The translations under genes were made by a program, and so were the position numbers. This document shows positions 9,210-19,532 of a stretch of DNA of 64,000 nucleotides, piece by piece. The first letter of the stretch is position 1. The number at the start of each line of letters is the position of its first letter. The DNA comes from Gemmatimonadota bacterium. GTDB lineage: Bacteria > JBHIER01 > G020348925. The notes below the pieces were generated by a model. That model searched no databases and was not told the DNA's origin. It saw nothing but the letters and a program-made list of their open reading frames with translations. Location: contig CP070758.1 in NCBI GenBank assembly GCA_020348925.1, positions 496,001 to 560,000 of the forward strand, in the 5' to 3' direction.

Positions 9210-11140
9210 ATCGGATTCTGTCCCGAGATATCGATCCTCCCGTCATTATCAAAGTCCCATCGCCAGGTTACGATGTCTCGCAATGATTGGCCCGTAAAAT
9301 TCACCTCCAGTGGAGCATGCCCACACCTCGGCTCACCGGTAAAGGAAGGCACAAAACCGGTTGCGTCCTTCGTATAAACGTGGACGTCGTCGATGTAAGA
9401 CCCGGGTTGCGTATTCTCGTTGTCGGATTGAAATCGAAATCGAAGGCGAACGGTGTTCCCCGCGTATTGTGTGAGATCCAGTACAACCCGACTCCATCCA
9501 CCCACCTGGGGTATCTCAGGATCGTCATTGACTCCGCCCATCTGCCCGCATAAAGGATAAAAAGTGGTCCCGTCCAACGTGATATCTAACCATAAGGGAT
9601 CGTCTATATCGTATAAATTGCTTGTATCCCAGACATTATCCTCGACCCAGTTCCAGACCCAGAGGCTCATATAGGCACACCCTATTCCGGAAAGATCGAC
9701 GGGAGGGGACTTGAGCCAGCAATCAGCGTTATTCTCATATGTGCCCTCTAAGTCTGTTCCCCAACAACAGTCACCGGAGTGGGCCTGGGATGGTCCGTAG
9801 GAAGGAACACCCAATTCCCACTCGTTTTCAATACCACCTGTGCTCCACTCCCCTCGGCCATGTTCAAAATCCTCGAAGAAAAGAGTCGTCCATAGCCCGG
9901 GCGTCATGTTTTGATAATAAAGCAAAGCCTCTTGCATCAAGGCTACGTACGAATCGAGATCGCCATTTTGAAAGGCTATTAATGCCGCCTGTTGATTGGC
10001 GTAGGCACTCTGAAACCATTCTTCATGTTCAGGAGGCAAGGGAATTCCCCACAAATGGGTATAATAGTGGAACACAGACTGTGTCAACGAGTGGGCGAGA
10101 TCCATCGTATCGGTAGAAGTGGTTACGGTCTTGAAAGTCAAGGATCGATGAGCATCACCCCAGCGTGGATTGTAATCCAGGGCAGGATCCGACGTGTGCC
10201 ACTGTTCATCGCAGCCGACAGGATAGAAGAGGGGAAATTCATCCTCAGGATGCGATACAAAAACAGCAACCATGTTTTCAGAAGAGTAGAAATTTTGAGC
10301 GAGAGATGTCTCCATTTTGATCCATCCATACTCAGGAACAAAATAGTCGATAATCCAGTGCATGTCCATGTAACCATCTGCCCACACCGGTATATTCAGG
10401 ATCGACCGCGCCGGGACTCCATTGGCCCGGAACAGGGCGGCTCCGGCATGGGCGTGCCCTGTACAGGAATTCCCCCAATTTATGGTATACACGGCATCAA
10501 AAGCTGGTGGACTGTGAAGGAACGTAATGGGAATACTCCGGCAATATTGATTGATAGCACGTGCAAGATCCAAGAGATTGGTTGTGTTCCCTCGGAGGGA
10601 TGCCGCCGTCTCCTGCACAATCGGCACCGCAGCCTGACAGCAATCCGTGGATGCCAACCATTTCTTGATAGAATCGGGCAAATCATCCCTTGTTGGGATA
10701 GAGACATAATCCGGGAGCTCCGGGTACCTCGTCTCCTTAACCAGCACCCACCCTGTCCAATTGATACTCGTCTCCGGAGCCCGGTTCAGACGGGCGGCAA
10801 TCATGACATTCGGCGGGCTCAAGTGGACGAACCTGTAATCGATGAGATCAGGGCTCTCGACCTCGATGAGTATAGGAACCTGTTCCTCGAAGGAGATTGG
10901 GATATGGAAATAGGCCTCGTACGTCTCCGTACTCGACTCCTTATCTACGGTTAGATTTCCTATGGCCTGAAGCAGATGGAGTTTTGATTCCGCTGTCTGC
11001 TCCTGGTGGGAGTCACTGATATCCTGTTTGTATGCTGCAATGTTCTCTTCTGTGAATCCACCGATTTCATCGGCCAGGGTGTTAGATGAAAAAACGAAGC
11101 AGAGTACAACAAAAGTAAAGAGTAACGCTTTTGCCTTCAT
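9210..11140 (-). CDS. Secreted transglutaminase-like protein, paralog of 11187..14753, truncated at gap in its PKD domain
   Basis: Signal peptide, GNSCTGHAH...ALFRANGVPAR...HWIIDYFVPEYGW core, FFEDFE beta-sandwich, PKD start WRWDFDNDG. Confidence 0.85.
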
Positions 11141-11186
11141 GATAAATCTCCTTTACATCTGTACCCACTTGGAAACTGAATCGATA

Positions 11187-14100
11187 TTACTTCATTATAA
11201 TCATCTTTTTTACGGCTGCAAAAGAGCCTGCCTTCAATCGATAGAAATAGACGCCGTTTGCCATATTCGATGCATCCCAGGTTACTGAATAGTATCCGGG
11301 CTTCTTCACCTCATTCACCAGGGTTGATACCTCCTGCCCCAGAATGTTATAAATTTTCAGGGTAGTGTGTATGGGACATCTCCTGTCTGCTATCTGATAT
11401 CGAATATCTGTAGTTGGATTGAAAGGATTGGGATAGTTTTGAGAGAGATGGAACTGTGTCGGAATCTGGGCTCCGTTTTTCACCAACCCCATGAATTCCG
11501 TAAAATCATCCGGCGAAAGGTAGGATTCCAAAGACTGGCAGAAGTGGAGCACTTCAGAGGTAATTGTTAACTGCGAAATCGCCGGTCCACACTCCCCAAT
11601 GCCCAGAACCGCATTGACAACCCCCAAAGCATCGAGAATATTCACATCTCCATCACCATTGCAGTCGGCCCGGTCCAGAGGATGCCCGATCAGTAATGAA
11701 TTTCCTAAGATGTGATTGATGACAGATAGAACATCCAAGACATCGATCCCACCCCGGCAATCAATGTCCCCTCTCTCAATAAAACCTTGCTCCGGATTGT
11801 ATACTTGAGGACAGTTGTCCTCCTCACACTCGTTCAGCGGATATCCGGGATCGCCGTATCCATCACCGTCGGTGTCCAGGCATGTATCGCACACATCGCC
11901 CATGCCGTCACTGTCTCCATCCGCCTGATCGGAATTTTCGTTTTCCGGACAGTTGTCGCAAATATCTCCGATACCATCGCCATCCCCGTCCTCCTGGTTA
12001 GGATTATGGTCTTTGGGACAGTTGTCTTCGATATCAAGGATTCCATCTTCATCGGCATCAACTATTGCTGGACTCAAGTGCACCCCTTGGATCCACGAAG
12101 CATCGACGATTGTCCCGTCATTTCCGTTTCCGGAACAGTCCACAGTTGATCCTCCACTTCCTTCGTTCATTTGCCAGTAACCGACTAAGCCGGGCTCATA
12201 GCCGGTCAGGTATGAATCCCAGTGGGTTCGGATCTCGTCTGAGGTTCGGACAATATTCCACAGCCGCACTTCATCGATGATTCCATTGTACGCTGTACCA
12301 TAGTTTGCAGAGCCCCCAATGATGAATTCACTTTCAGTCAGGTTATTCGACGGAAATACCAATTGAGTGATCGGCTGTTTCTCGCCATTGATGAAGATCT
12401 CAACCTCTCCGGCGCTTTCATACATCACAGCGACATGTTGCCATTCTCCAATGTTTAACGAATTCTCAGGAGTGCATGAATAACTCACGGCCCCGCTCTC
12501 ATGAACGACCTGAAAGACGAGACTCGAACCATTCAAGACTGTACCTTGACGCACGACACTGAGGGAGTAAACACCTTTATCGATGAATGTTCCATTATGG
12601 ATACCTTGAAATTGACCCCATCCAAGTGGCTTTATCCAGGTCTCTATTGTTACAACATGTGTGAAATTCAAACTCGAATTCGGTTGAAACCGAACATATC
12701 TATTATATCCATTAAAATGGAGTGCGGTTTCACCGTCAAAGACACTAATATAATTCTCACGACTCGATGTTCCTGAAGCCGAGCCGTCGAAAGCCTCTAA
12801 ACCTACGGTATACGTACCTGGCTCCTCATACGTCCAGATCGGATTCTGTTCATAGGAGTCGATCGTCCCGTCAGCGTCAAAATCCCATTGCCAGGTTACG
12901 ATGTCTCGCAATGATTGGCCCCTGAAACTCACGGAAAGTGGAGCATTTCCGCACCTTGGCTCAACTGTGAAGGAAGGCACAAAACCGCCTACGTCCTTTG
13001 TATATACGTGGACATCGTCAATGTAAGATCCCGGTTGTGTATTTTTGTCATCGGATTGAAATCGAAACCGAATGCGAACAGTGTTCCCCGCATATCTCGT
13101 GAGATCCAGTACCATCCAACTCCATCCACCAGTGACGGGTATTTCAGGATCATCATAGACTCCGCCCATTTGGCCGCATAAAGGGTAAAACGTGTTCCCG
13201 TCCAACGTGATATCTAACCAAAGAGGATCGTACCTTTCGTCCCAGTAATCCTCAACCCAGTTCCAGACCCAGAAACTCATATAGGCACATCCTTTTTCAG
13301 TGAGGTCAATCGAGGGGGACATGAGCCAGCAGTCCGCATTATTCTCGTACGTATTATCCAAATCAGTCCCCCAGCAATGAGTTCCAGAATGGGCCTGCGA
13401 TGGTCCGTAGGACGGTACGCCCCATTCCCACTCGTTTTCAATGCCACCGGTGCTCCACTCCCCTCGGCCATGTTCAAAATCCTCGAAGAAAAGAGTCTCC
13501 CATAGCCCAGGCGTCATGTTTTGATAATAAAGCAAAGCCTCTTGCATCAAGGCTACGTACGAATCGAGATCACCATTTTGAAAGGCTATTAATGCCGCCT
13601 GTTGATTGGCGTAGGCATTCTCAAAACGTTCCTCATGTTCAGGAGGCAAGGGAATTCCCCACAAATGGGTATAATAGTGGTACACAGATTGGGTCAACGA
13701 GTGGGCGAGATCCATCGTATCGGTGGAAGTAGTTACGGTATTGAGTGAAAATGACCGATGAGCTCTTCCCCAGCGTGGATTGTAACCCAGGGCAGGATCC
13801 GATGTGTGCCAATGTTCATCGCAGCCGACAGGATAGAAGAGGGGAAATTCATCCTCAGGATACGATACAAATACCACGACCGTTCTTTCTGAGGGATAGA
13901 AATTCAGGCCTGAAACCGTCTCCATTATGATCCAACCGTACTCAGGAACAAAATAGTCGATAATCCAGTGCATGTCCATGTAACCATCAAACCACACAGG
14001 TATATTCAGGATCGACCGCGCAGGGATTCCATTGGCCCGGCACAGGGCGGCTCCGGCATGGGCGTGCCCTGTACAGGAGTTCCCCCAATTTATGGCATAC

Positions 14101-14753
14101 ACGGCATCGAAGGATGCTGGAGAACGAGTAAACGCAAAGGGAATGCTCTTGTTACAATATGTACTGATGGAATTTGCAAGTTCAAGAAGATTTGTAGTAT
14201 TCCCCCGGAGGGATGCCGCCGTCTCCTGCACAACTGGCGCCGCAGCCTGACAGCAATCCGTGGATGCCAACCATTTCTTGACAGAATCGGGCAACTCATC
14301 CATTGTGGGGATAGGGACATGATCCGGGAGCTCCGTGTGCCTCGTCTCCTTGACCAGTACCCATCCCGTCCAATTGAGAGTCGTCGATGGGGCCCGGTTC
14401 AGACGGGCGGCGATGACGACATTCGGCGGATTCAAGTGGACGAATCTGTAATCGATTAAATCCGGGCTCTCGACCTCGATGAGTATGGGGACCTGTTCCT
14501 CAAAGGAGATAGGGATGTGGAAATAGGCCTCGTACGTCTCCCCGCTTGCCTCCCGATCCACCCTGAGATTTCCCACGGCTTTATTCAGATAAAGGTTTGA
14601 TCCTGCTGTCTGCTCCTCGTGTGAGTCAATGATCTCCTGTGTATACGCTGCAATGTCATCTTCCGTGAATCCAACGATCTCATCGGCCAGGGTGTTCGAT
14701 GAAAAAACGAAGCAGAGTGCAGCAACAGTAAAGAGTAACGCTCTTGCCTTCAT
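11187..14753 (-). CDS. Secreted multidomain protein: transglutaminase-like, beta-sandwich, PKD, LamG, TSP3 repeats, dockerin, C-terminal sorting domain
   Basis: Cys/His core as in the paralog; WQWDFDADG/YEEPGTYTV (PKD); WQHVA, GIIDEVRLWN (LamG); DNCP repeats; GDIDCRGGIDVLDV...ADCNGDGDVNILD; QNYPNPFNP...GVYFYRL...KKMIIMK. Confidence 0.88.
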   Translation of the reverse strand: MKARALLFTVAALCFVFSSNTLADEIVGFTEDDIAAYTQEIIDSHEEQTAGSNLYLNKAVGNLRVDREASGETYEAYFHIPISFEEQVPILIEVESPDLIDYRFVHLNPPNVVIAARLNRAPSTTLNWTGWVLVKETRHTELPDHVPIPTMDELPDSVKKWLASTDCCQAAAPVVQETAASLRGNTTNLLELANSISTYCNKSIPFAFTRSPASFDAVYAINWGNSCTGHAHAGAALCRANGIPARSILNIPVWFDGYMDMHWIIDYFVPEYGWIIMETVSGLNFYPSERTVVVFVSYPEDEFPLFYPVGCDEHWHTSDPALGYNPRWGRAHRSFSLNTVTTSTDTMDLAHSLTQSVYHYYTHLWGIPLPPEHEERFENAYANQQAALIAFQNGDLDSYVALMQEALLYYQNMTPGLWETLFFEDFEHGRGEWSTGGIENEWEWGVPSYGPSQAHSGTHCWGTDLDNTYENNADCWLMSPSIDLTEKGCAYMSFWVWNWVEDYWDERYDPLWLDITLDGNTFYPLCGQMGGVYDDPEIPVTGGWSWMVLDLTRYAGNTVRIRFRFQSDDKNTQPGSYIDDVHVYTKDVGGFVPSFTVEPRCGNAPLSVSFRGQSLRDIVTWQWDFDADGTIDSYEQNPIWTYEEPGTYTVGLEAFDGSASGTSSRENYISVFDGETALHFNGYNRYVRFQPNSSLNFTHVVTIETWIKPLGWGQFQGIHNGTFIDKGVYSLSVVRQGTVLNGSSLVFQVVHESGAVSYSCTPENSLNIGEWQHVAVMYESAGEVEIFINGEKQPITQLVFPSNNLTESEFIIGGSANYGTAYNGIIDEVRLWNIVRTSDEIRTHWDSYLTGYEPGLVGYWQMNEGSGGSTVDCSGNGNDGTIVDASWIQGVHLSPAIVDADEDGILDIEDNCPKDHNPNQEDGDGDGIGDICDNCPENENSDQADGDSDGMGDVCDTCLDTDGDGYGDPGYPLNECEEDNCPQVYNPEQGFIERGDIDCRGGIDVLDVLSVINHILGNSLLIGHPLDRADCNGDGDVNILDALGVVNAVLGIGECGPAISQLTITSEVLHFCQSLESYLSPDDFTEFMGLVKNGAQIPTQFHLSQNYPNPFNPTTDIRYQIADRRCPIHTTLKIYNILGQEVSTLVNEVKKPGYYSVTWDASNMANGVYFYRLKAGSFAAVKKMIIMK

Positions 14754-14928
14754 GATAACCCTCCTTTACATCTGTACCCACTTGGAAACTGAATCGATAT
14801 TACTTCATNNNNNNNNNNNNNNNNNNNNNNNNNNNNNNNNNNNNNNNNNNNNNNNNNNNNNNNNNNNNNNNNNNNNNNNNNNNNNNNNNNNNNNNNNNNN
14901 NNNNNNNNAGAAGATTGAGAGGGATCAA

Positions 14929-15006
14929 AAAATAGGCTGTGTCCCTATTTACTATTCGGCCCTCGACTGTAATAAGTCTCCCCTATAAAGGGGAGATATA
15001 GAGGGG
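14929..15006. repeat. REP-like palindromes
   Basis: TCTCCCCTATAAAGGGGAGA-TATAGAGGGG and AAATAGG-CTGTGTC-CCTATTT; related copies at 17419-17529 and 19170-19204. Confidence 0.65.
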
Positions 15007-15104
15007 TGTATTTAGAGAATCGACCTTAAAGATTCGATTTCAACCCTGAAATTGATGTTCTAAGGATAACATCGACCGGCTTATTGGCAAGCTTTCATTG
15101 ATTA

Positions 15105-17231
15105 TCAATACGTTGGCTTGGTCCGACCCAAAGCAGGAGATGAGCCGAGAATAACGTTCACCAGACCGATAACATCGAGGACGTTGATCCTTTCATCACC
15201 GTTCCAATCAGCCCTATCGAGTGGAGCCCCAATAAGAGGGACGGTATTCAAAATATGATTTACTACGGCCAATACATCCAATACATCAATGTCGCCATCG
15301 CAATTGATATCGCCTCGCTCAACCTCAACCTGATCCGGATTGTAGACATTAGGGCAGTTATCCTCCTCACAGGTACTGGCCGGAAAGCCCGGGTCTCCGT
15401 ACCCGTCACCATCGGTATCGGTGCATGCATCGCACACATCACCTGTGGAGTCGCTGTCAGCATCCCCCTGATCGGAATTATCATCGTTGGGACAATTATC
15501 GCAGGCATCGCCGACACCATCGGCGTCCCCATCCTCCTGCTCAGGATTAAAATCATCGGGACAGTTGTCCTCAATATCATCAACGCCATCATCATCGCCA
15601 TCGGCTCCCGATTCCTGAAAGAAATCCTCCAAGATATGCTCGACATTGGAGCGCAACTGGTCAGCATCATAACGATACGGTCTGCCGCTGATGAAGGCGA
15701 ATCCTCCGCCGTCGCTGCGATACGATCCACCTTCTGCTGGTTTGCGTAAAACACCCAAGCCTCTCGGCACATGAAAGGAGACCGTCTCTTTGAAAAGCAA
15801 CGTACTCTCAGTGCTCGCCAAAACCGTATCGAATACGGCATTATACGTCTGATCGCCGATCAACGTCATATCGTGAAGATCGGGAGAGGTGGAAATGCAA
15901 TTGCGAAGCGTGTTATCTATCTCTTCCCACCAGGTTATACCGAGGTATGGAAGAAAGTCCGCATCGGCATCCATGAAAGACTGTCCCCTTCTCGTCAACA
16001 GGAGGAGATTCCCACCCGCTTCGAGATAGGGGAGCATGGGGGTGAGGCGCCACGAGCCCATATCAATCCCATAATCGTTTCCAACCCAGATCACTGTCGA
16101 AAATTGGCCCAGCCGCTCCGCCGGCACGTAACCGTGTCCCAACGGTTCCGGCAGCGACGACGGGTATCCCTCCTGAGGTGCGTCGAAACAATCCCAGAAG
16201 GAGATGGGGAAATCGCCCCAGAAAGCACGGTTTTCATACGCTTCACGGATCTCCTGATCGTACGTTTGAAATGAGACGCCGTTGACCAGCAGGATACCCT
16301 GATCAAATGTGGGATCGACCATAGGTTCATGGATCTCCCCAGCAGCAACGTAGTTGAGATGAGGCAAATAGTGCATACGGGCACCGTGTGCCAGTTCATC
16401 CTGGAGATTGATTTTCAGAACCTTTTCAAAATCGTGATTGAGATACACGTAGACGATACCGTTTTTCAAATCAAAGATAGTGGAGTAATCGGTTTCAAAA
16501 TCGCCCAACCGATAGACAGCATGCAAAATGGATCGGAAATGGTCAACCGAAACGTCCTCATTCTCCTCAAGGAGTCGAACCGTCAGGTCATGCCTCCAGC
16601 AAGGCCAACCGCCTAAGGAAGGATCTGATTGGAAAAAATTTGTTACGACTTGGTAATCATCACTTTTATGAATAACAGTATCGCGTTCCACAATAACGGA
16701 TGCTCCGTTCCGGTCAACGAACATATATTGCTCTCTCGCCGTTCCCATGAATGAAAGATCGTAGGTGTTAAAAATTTTCAGCACCTCCTCAATGGAGGCG
16801 CACCGCTCCATGACCAGATTGGGCAGATATTCCGGATAGACCGGTTTGTCTGACGAGTAACCAGCGGGGTAAGAAGGCGTCGATAGAATGTCCCAGAAAA
16901 GTCCCTGGTCATTCATACCACCAAAGGTATGCCAATAACCGGAGACCACCTCAAATCCGAAATAGACAATTCCATACGTCTCGGGTGTCGGTGGTACGTA
17001 CCAGACATACGGATCGGATTGACGCCAGTCTTCACCGTTACCGACCAAAACAAGAGTGTCATTGGCTGCGGTAAAAACCGTGCATGCGGGGAGCGATTGG
17101 CTTAATAGAATAAATAGGAAGACGGTCGTAACTACACTTACCCTGTTCACCCTTATCCTCTTAGTGTTGAACGGACTGTGGTATCCCTGGGATTGTGTCC
17201 ATTTCTGTCGAATGTGTACCATTTGGGTCAT
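15105..17231 (-). CDS. Secreted Ntn-hydrolase (choloylglycine hydrolase / peptidase C45-like) with TSP3 repeats and dockerin
   Basis: Hydrophobic leader ending PA-CTVFTA (N-terminal Cys nucleophile), GGMNDQGL, VVTNF, YSTIFDL; DNCP repeats; dockerin at the C-terminus. Start codon uncertain. Confidence 0.82.
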   Translation of the reverse strand: MTQMVHIRQKWTQSQGYHSPFNTKRIRVNRVSVVTTVFLFILLSQSLPACTVFTAANDTLVLVGNGEDWRQSDPYVWYVPPTPETYGIVYFGFEVVSGYWHTFGGMNDQGLFWDILSTPSYPAGYSSDKPVYPEYLPNLVMERCASIEEVLKIFNTYDLSFMGTAREQYMFVDRNGASVIVERDTVIHKSDDYQVVTNFFQSDPSLGGWPCWRHDLTVRLLEENEDVSVDHFRSILHAVYRLGDFETDYSTIFDLKNGIVYVYLNHDFEKVLKINLQDELAHGARMHYLPHLNYVAAGEIHEPMVDPTFDQGILLVNGVSFQTYDQEIREAYENRAFWGDFPISFWDCFDAPQEGYPSSLPEPLGHGYVPAERLGQFSTVIWVGNDYGIDMGSWRLTPMLPYLEAGGNLLLLTRRGQSFMDADADFLPYLGITWWEEIDNTLRNCISTSPDLHDMTLIGDQTYNAVFDTVLASTESTLLFKETVSFHVPRGLGVLRKPAEGGSYRSDGGGFAFISGRPYRYDADQLRSNVEHILEDFFQESGADGDDDGVDDIEDNCPDDFNPEQEDGDADGVGDACDNCPNDDNSDQGDADSDSTGDVCDACTDTDGDGYGDPGFPASTCEEDNCPNVYNPDQVEVERGDINCDGDIDVLDVLAVVNHILNTVPLIGAPLDRADWNGDERINVLDVIGLVNVILGSSPALGRTKPTY

Positions 17232-17418
17232 AGCCCTTTCAACTCTCAAAAGAGCTCTTCACCTCTCCCTGATAGATGGTTTTACATCTCCTCATCATCA
17301 TGCATTCACCAATGAAGTTTGAAACGCATTCTCAGACGTTTGTTTCATACGATGCAGTCCTACATTACTCATACCGGAGCTGAGCGAGAAAATATGGGTC
17401 CGGGCCTCGAAAAATGAA

Positions 17419-17529
17419 CCTGTAAAGGGGAGATTTAGAGGGTCTGTACAATATTTCTACTCCACGAACATCTCCCTTTTTGAAAGGGAGACTGAGAGGG
17501 ATTTGAAAAATAGAATGTGTCCCTATTTT
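17419..17529. repeat. REP-like palindromes, same family as 14929-15006
   Basis: GTAAAGGGGAGATTTAGAGGG, TCTCCCTTTTTGAAAGGGAGACTGAGAGGGATT and AAATAGAATGTGTCCCTATTT. Confidence 0.65.
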
Positions 17530-17659
17530 CGACTTTTCAACTTTTGAAGATTAAAGATNNNNNNNNNNNNNNNNNNNNNNNNNNNNNNNNNNNNNNNNNN
17601 NNNNNNNNNNNNNNNNNNNNNNNNNNNNNNNNNNNNNNNNNNNNNNNNNNNNNNNNNNC

Positions 17660-19054
17660 AGTGGCGATAATTCGATCCTTCCGACCCTGCTGCCCGGCGA
17701 TCAGGTGGGTATCGGGCTGATGCTGGACAACGAGTACCCGGTCTCGGCGGCGCAGATCGATCTGTGGTACGAGTCGGCTTACATGCGTGTGGTGGACGTT
17801 CAGACGACGACGCGGACTGCCGGCTTTGAGCTGGTGCACCGCGAGTTGGCGCCAGGAACGCACGAGATCGCGTTGTACTCGACGCCGGCCCATCCGGTGA
17901 TAATTCCGAACAATACGCCGCCGATATCGCATTGCGAGCTGCCGCCCGGGTACAATGATGTGGGCTTGCTGTCGATCGTGACGGTGACGTTTGAGATTTT
18001 GCCCGGAGCGCCGGCGGGTGCGTGTGCGGACATCTGGTACGGGACGGTGATCCTGGACGGGCTGCCGGACTGGGAGGGCTATCCCAAGGAGCCGCTGTGT
18101 TTGAAGTTTGAGGACAAGGGTCAGATCTGTTACGGCGGCTACATCGTGCCCAACAAGTGCGACGTAACGGGCTTATATTCGGAGCCGGACACCATGGTGA
18201 CGTTGATGGATCTGTTTGAGATGTTGTACCATATAGTTGGAGAGAAGAGCCTGGGGTCGTTGGAGGACGTTTTTGATCCGACGACGCTGATCTGGGCGGC
18301 TGATGCCAACGGTGACGGACTGGTGAACGTCATCGATCTGATGAAGTGCATCAACCGGGCGGTGGGTGTGTGCGATCCGAAGGTGGCTGTGGCCGATGTG
18401 GCTGTGGGCGATGCGGTCGGTATAGCCGGCCGGACGGTGGCGGTTACTGTGGATGTGACCTCGGAGCAGGATGTGGCTGGCTTGTTACTGCGGTTCCGGT
18501 ACGATCAGGAGGCCCTGATCGCCGGCGAGGCCGAGTTGACGGATCGAGCTGAGGGCATGGACGTGAGCCATCGGGTGATCGGAGATGAGCTGGTGGTCTT
18601 TATCTCCGGCAGCAAGGGAGAGGCGATTGAGGCCGGTGGTGGTGCCGTGGTGCGTGTTCCGTTTACTGTGGCACAGGATGTGAAAGAAATCGGTGTTGAG
18701 GTGGTTGAGCCTGTGGTCTTCACGGTGGATGAGGCCATCGCCTTCGGTCACGGCTCGATCTTCGTGGTCAAATCCGAGGATCTGGTGCCGGCCGAGTACG
18801 GTCTGGCTCAGAACTACCCCAATCCCTTCAACCCGGTGACGTCGATCGCCTACAGTCTGCCCGAGGCGGCGAAGGTGAAGGTGGTTGTCTACAACACCCT
18901 GGGACAGGTCGTGGCGGAGCTGGTGAACGCAAATCAGGAGGCCGGGCATCATGTGGTCACATGGGACGCGGCGGATATGGCCAGCGGCGTCTACTTCTAT
19001 CGAATTGAAGCCAATGATTTCAAGGCCACGAGGCGTATGGTGTTGATGAAGTAA
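17660..19054 (+). CDS. Cohesin-dockerin-cohesin-C-terminal sorting domain protein, 5' truncated at gap
   Basis: Frame open from the gap; VSAAQIDLWY and VAGLLLRFRYD cohesin-like strands; WAADANGDGLVNVIDL dockerin; QNYPNPFNP...RRMVLMK. Confidence 0.8.
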   Translation, partial: SGDNSILPTLLPGDQVGIGLMLDNEYPVSAAQIDLWYESAYMRVVDVQTTTRTAGFELVHRELAPGTHEIALYSTPAHPVIIPNNTPPISHCELPPGYNDVGLLSIVTVTFEILPGAPAGACADIWYGTVILDGLPDWEGYPKEPLCLKFEDKGQICYGGYIVPNKCDVTGLYSEPDTMVTLMDLFEMLYHIVGEKSLGSLEDVFDPTTLIWAADANGDGLVNVIDLMKCINRAVGVCDPKVAVADVAVGDAVGIAGRTVAVTVDVTSEQDVAGLLLRFRYDQEALIAGEAELTDRAEGMDVSHRVIGDELVVFISGSKGEAIEAGGGAVVRVPFTVAQDVKEIGVEVVEPVVFTVDEAIAFGHGSIFVVKSEDLVPAEYGLAQNYPNPFNPVTSIAYSLPEAAKVKVVVYNTLGQVVAELVNANQEAGHHVVTWDAADMASGVYFYRIEANDFKATRRMVLMK

Positions 19055-19085
19055 TAAATAGGATTCGAGGATTCAAGCGACACGG

Positions 19086-19123
19086 ACCTCCCAGGGGTTG
19101 GAATCTCCGGGAGGTTTTCTTTT
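19086..19123 (+). terminator. Intrinsic terminator
   Basis: ACCTCCC...GGGAGGT stem followed by TTTCTTTT, just after the stop at 19054. Confidence 0.65.
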
Positions 19124-19169
19124 GTTTTGGAAAGTACAACTCTCCTCGAATATAAGCTATGGTGAAGTT

Positions 19170-19204
19170 TTCCCCCTTTTGTAAAGGGAAGTTAGAGAGG
19201 ATTC
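19170..19204. repeat. REP-like palindrome, same family as 14929-15006
   Basis: TTCCCCCTTTTGTAAAGGGAAGTTAGAGAGGATT. Confidence 0.55.
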
Positions 19205-19532
19205 CATGATTCAAACAGTATTCCTCTTTGTACCTTGCGATCGTCTAAGTGTTGTTTCCCTGGCGGACAAACGGAGAGGGGCTCAAGTCCTCAGCTGTTC
19301 TTCGTTCATGAGACATCTCCTGAATGATCTGAAAAATCAAATATAGAAAAAGCCCCGTGACAATTGCACATGTTGGGGAGTAGAATGTGGTCTCATCAAG
19401 GCGTGTTCCTTTTTTTTATCGGGATCTCTCGTTATTGTGGGTTATGATGCCCATAAATGATGTGCCTCGGGTAAGGTACCCGAGGCGATCATAGGGATTT
19501 GTCACTCCTGTGGTCAGCCGGGAAGCCGGTCT

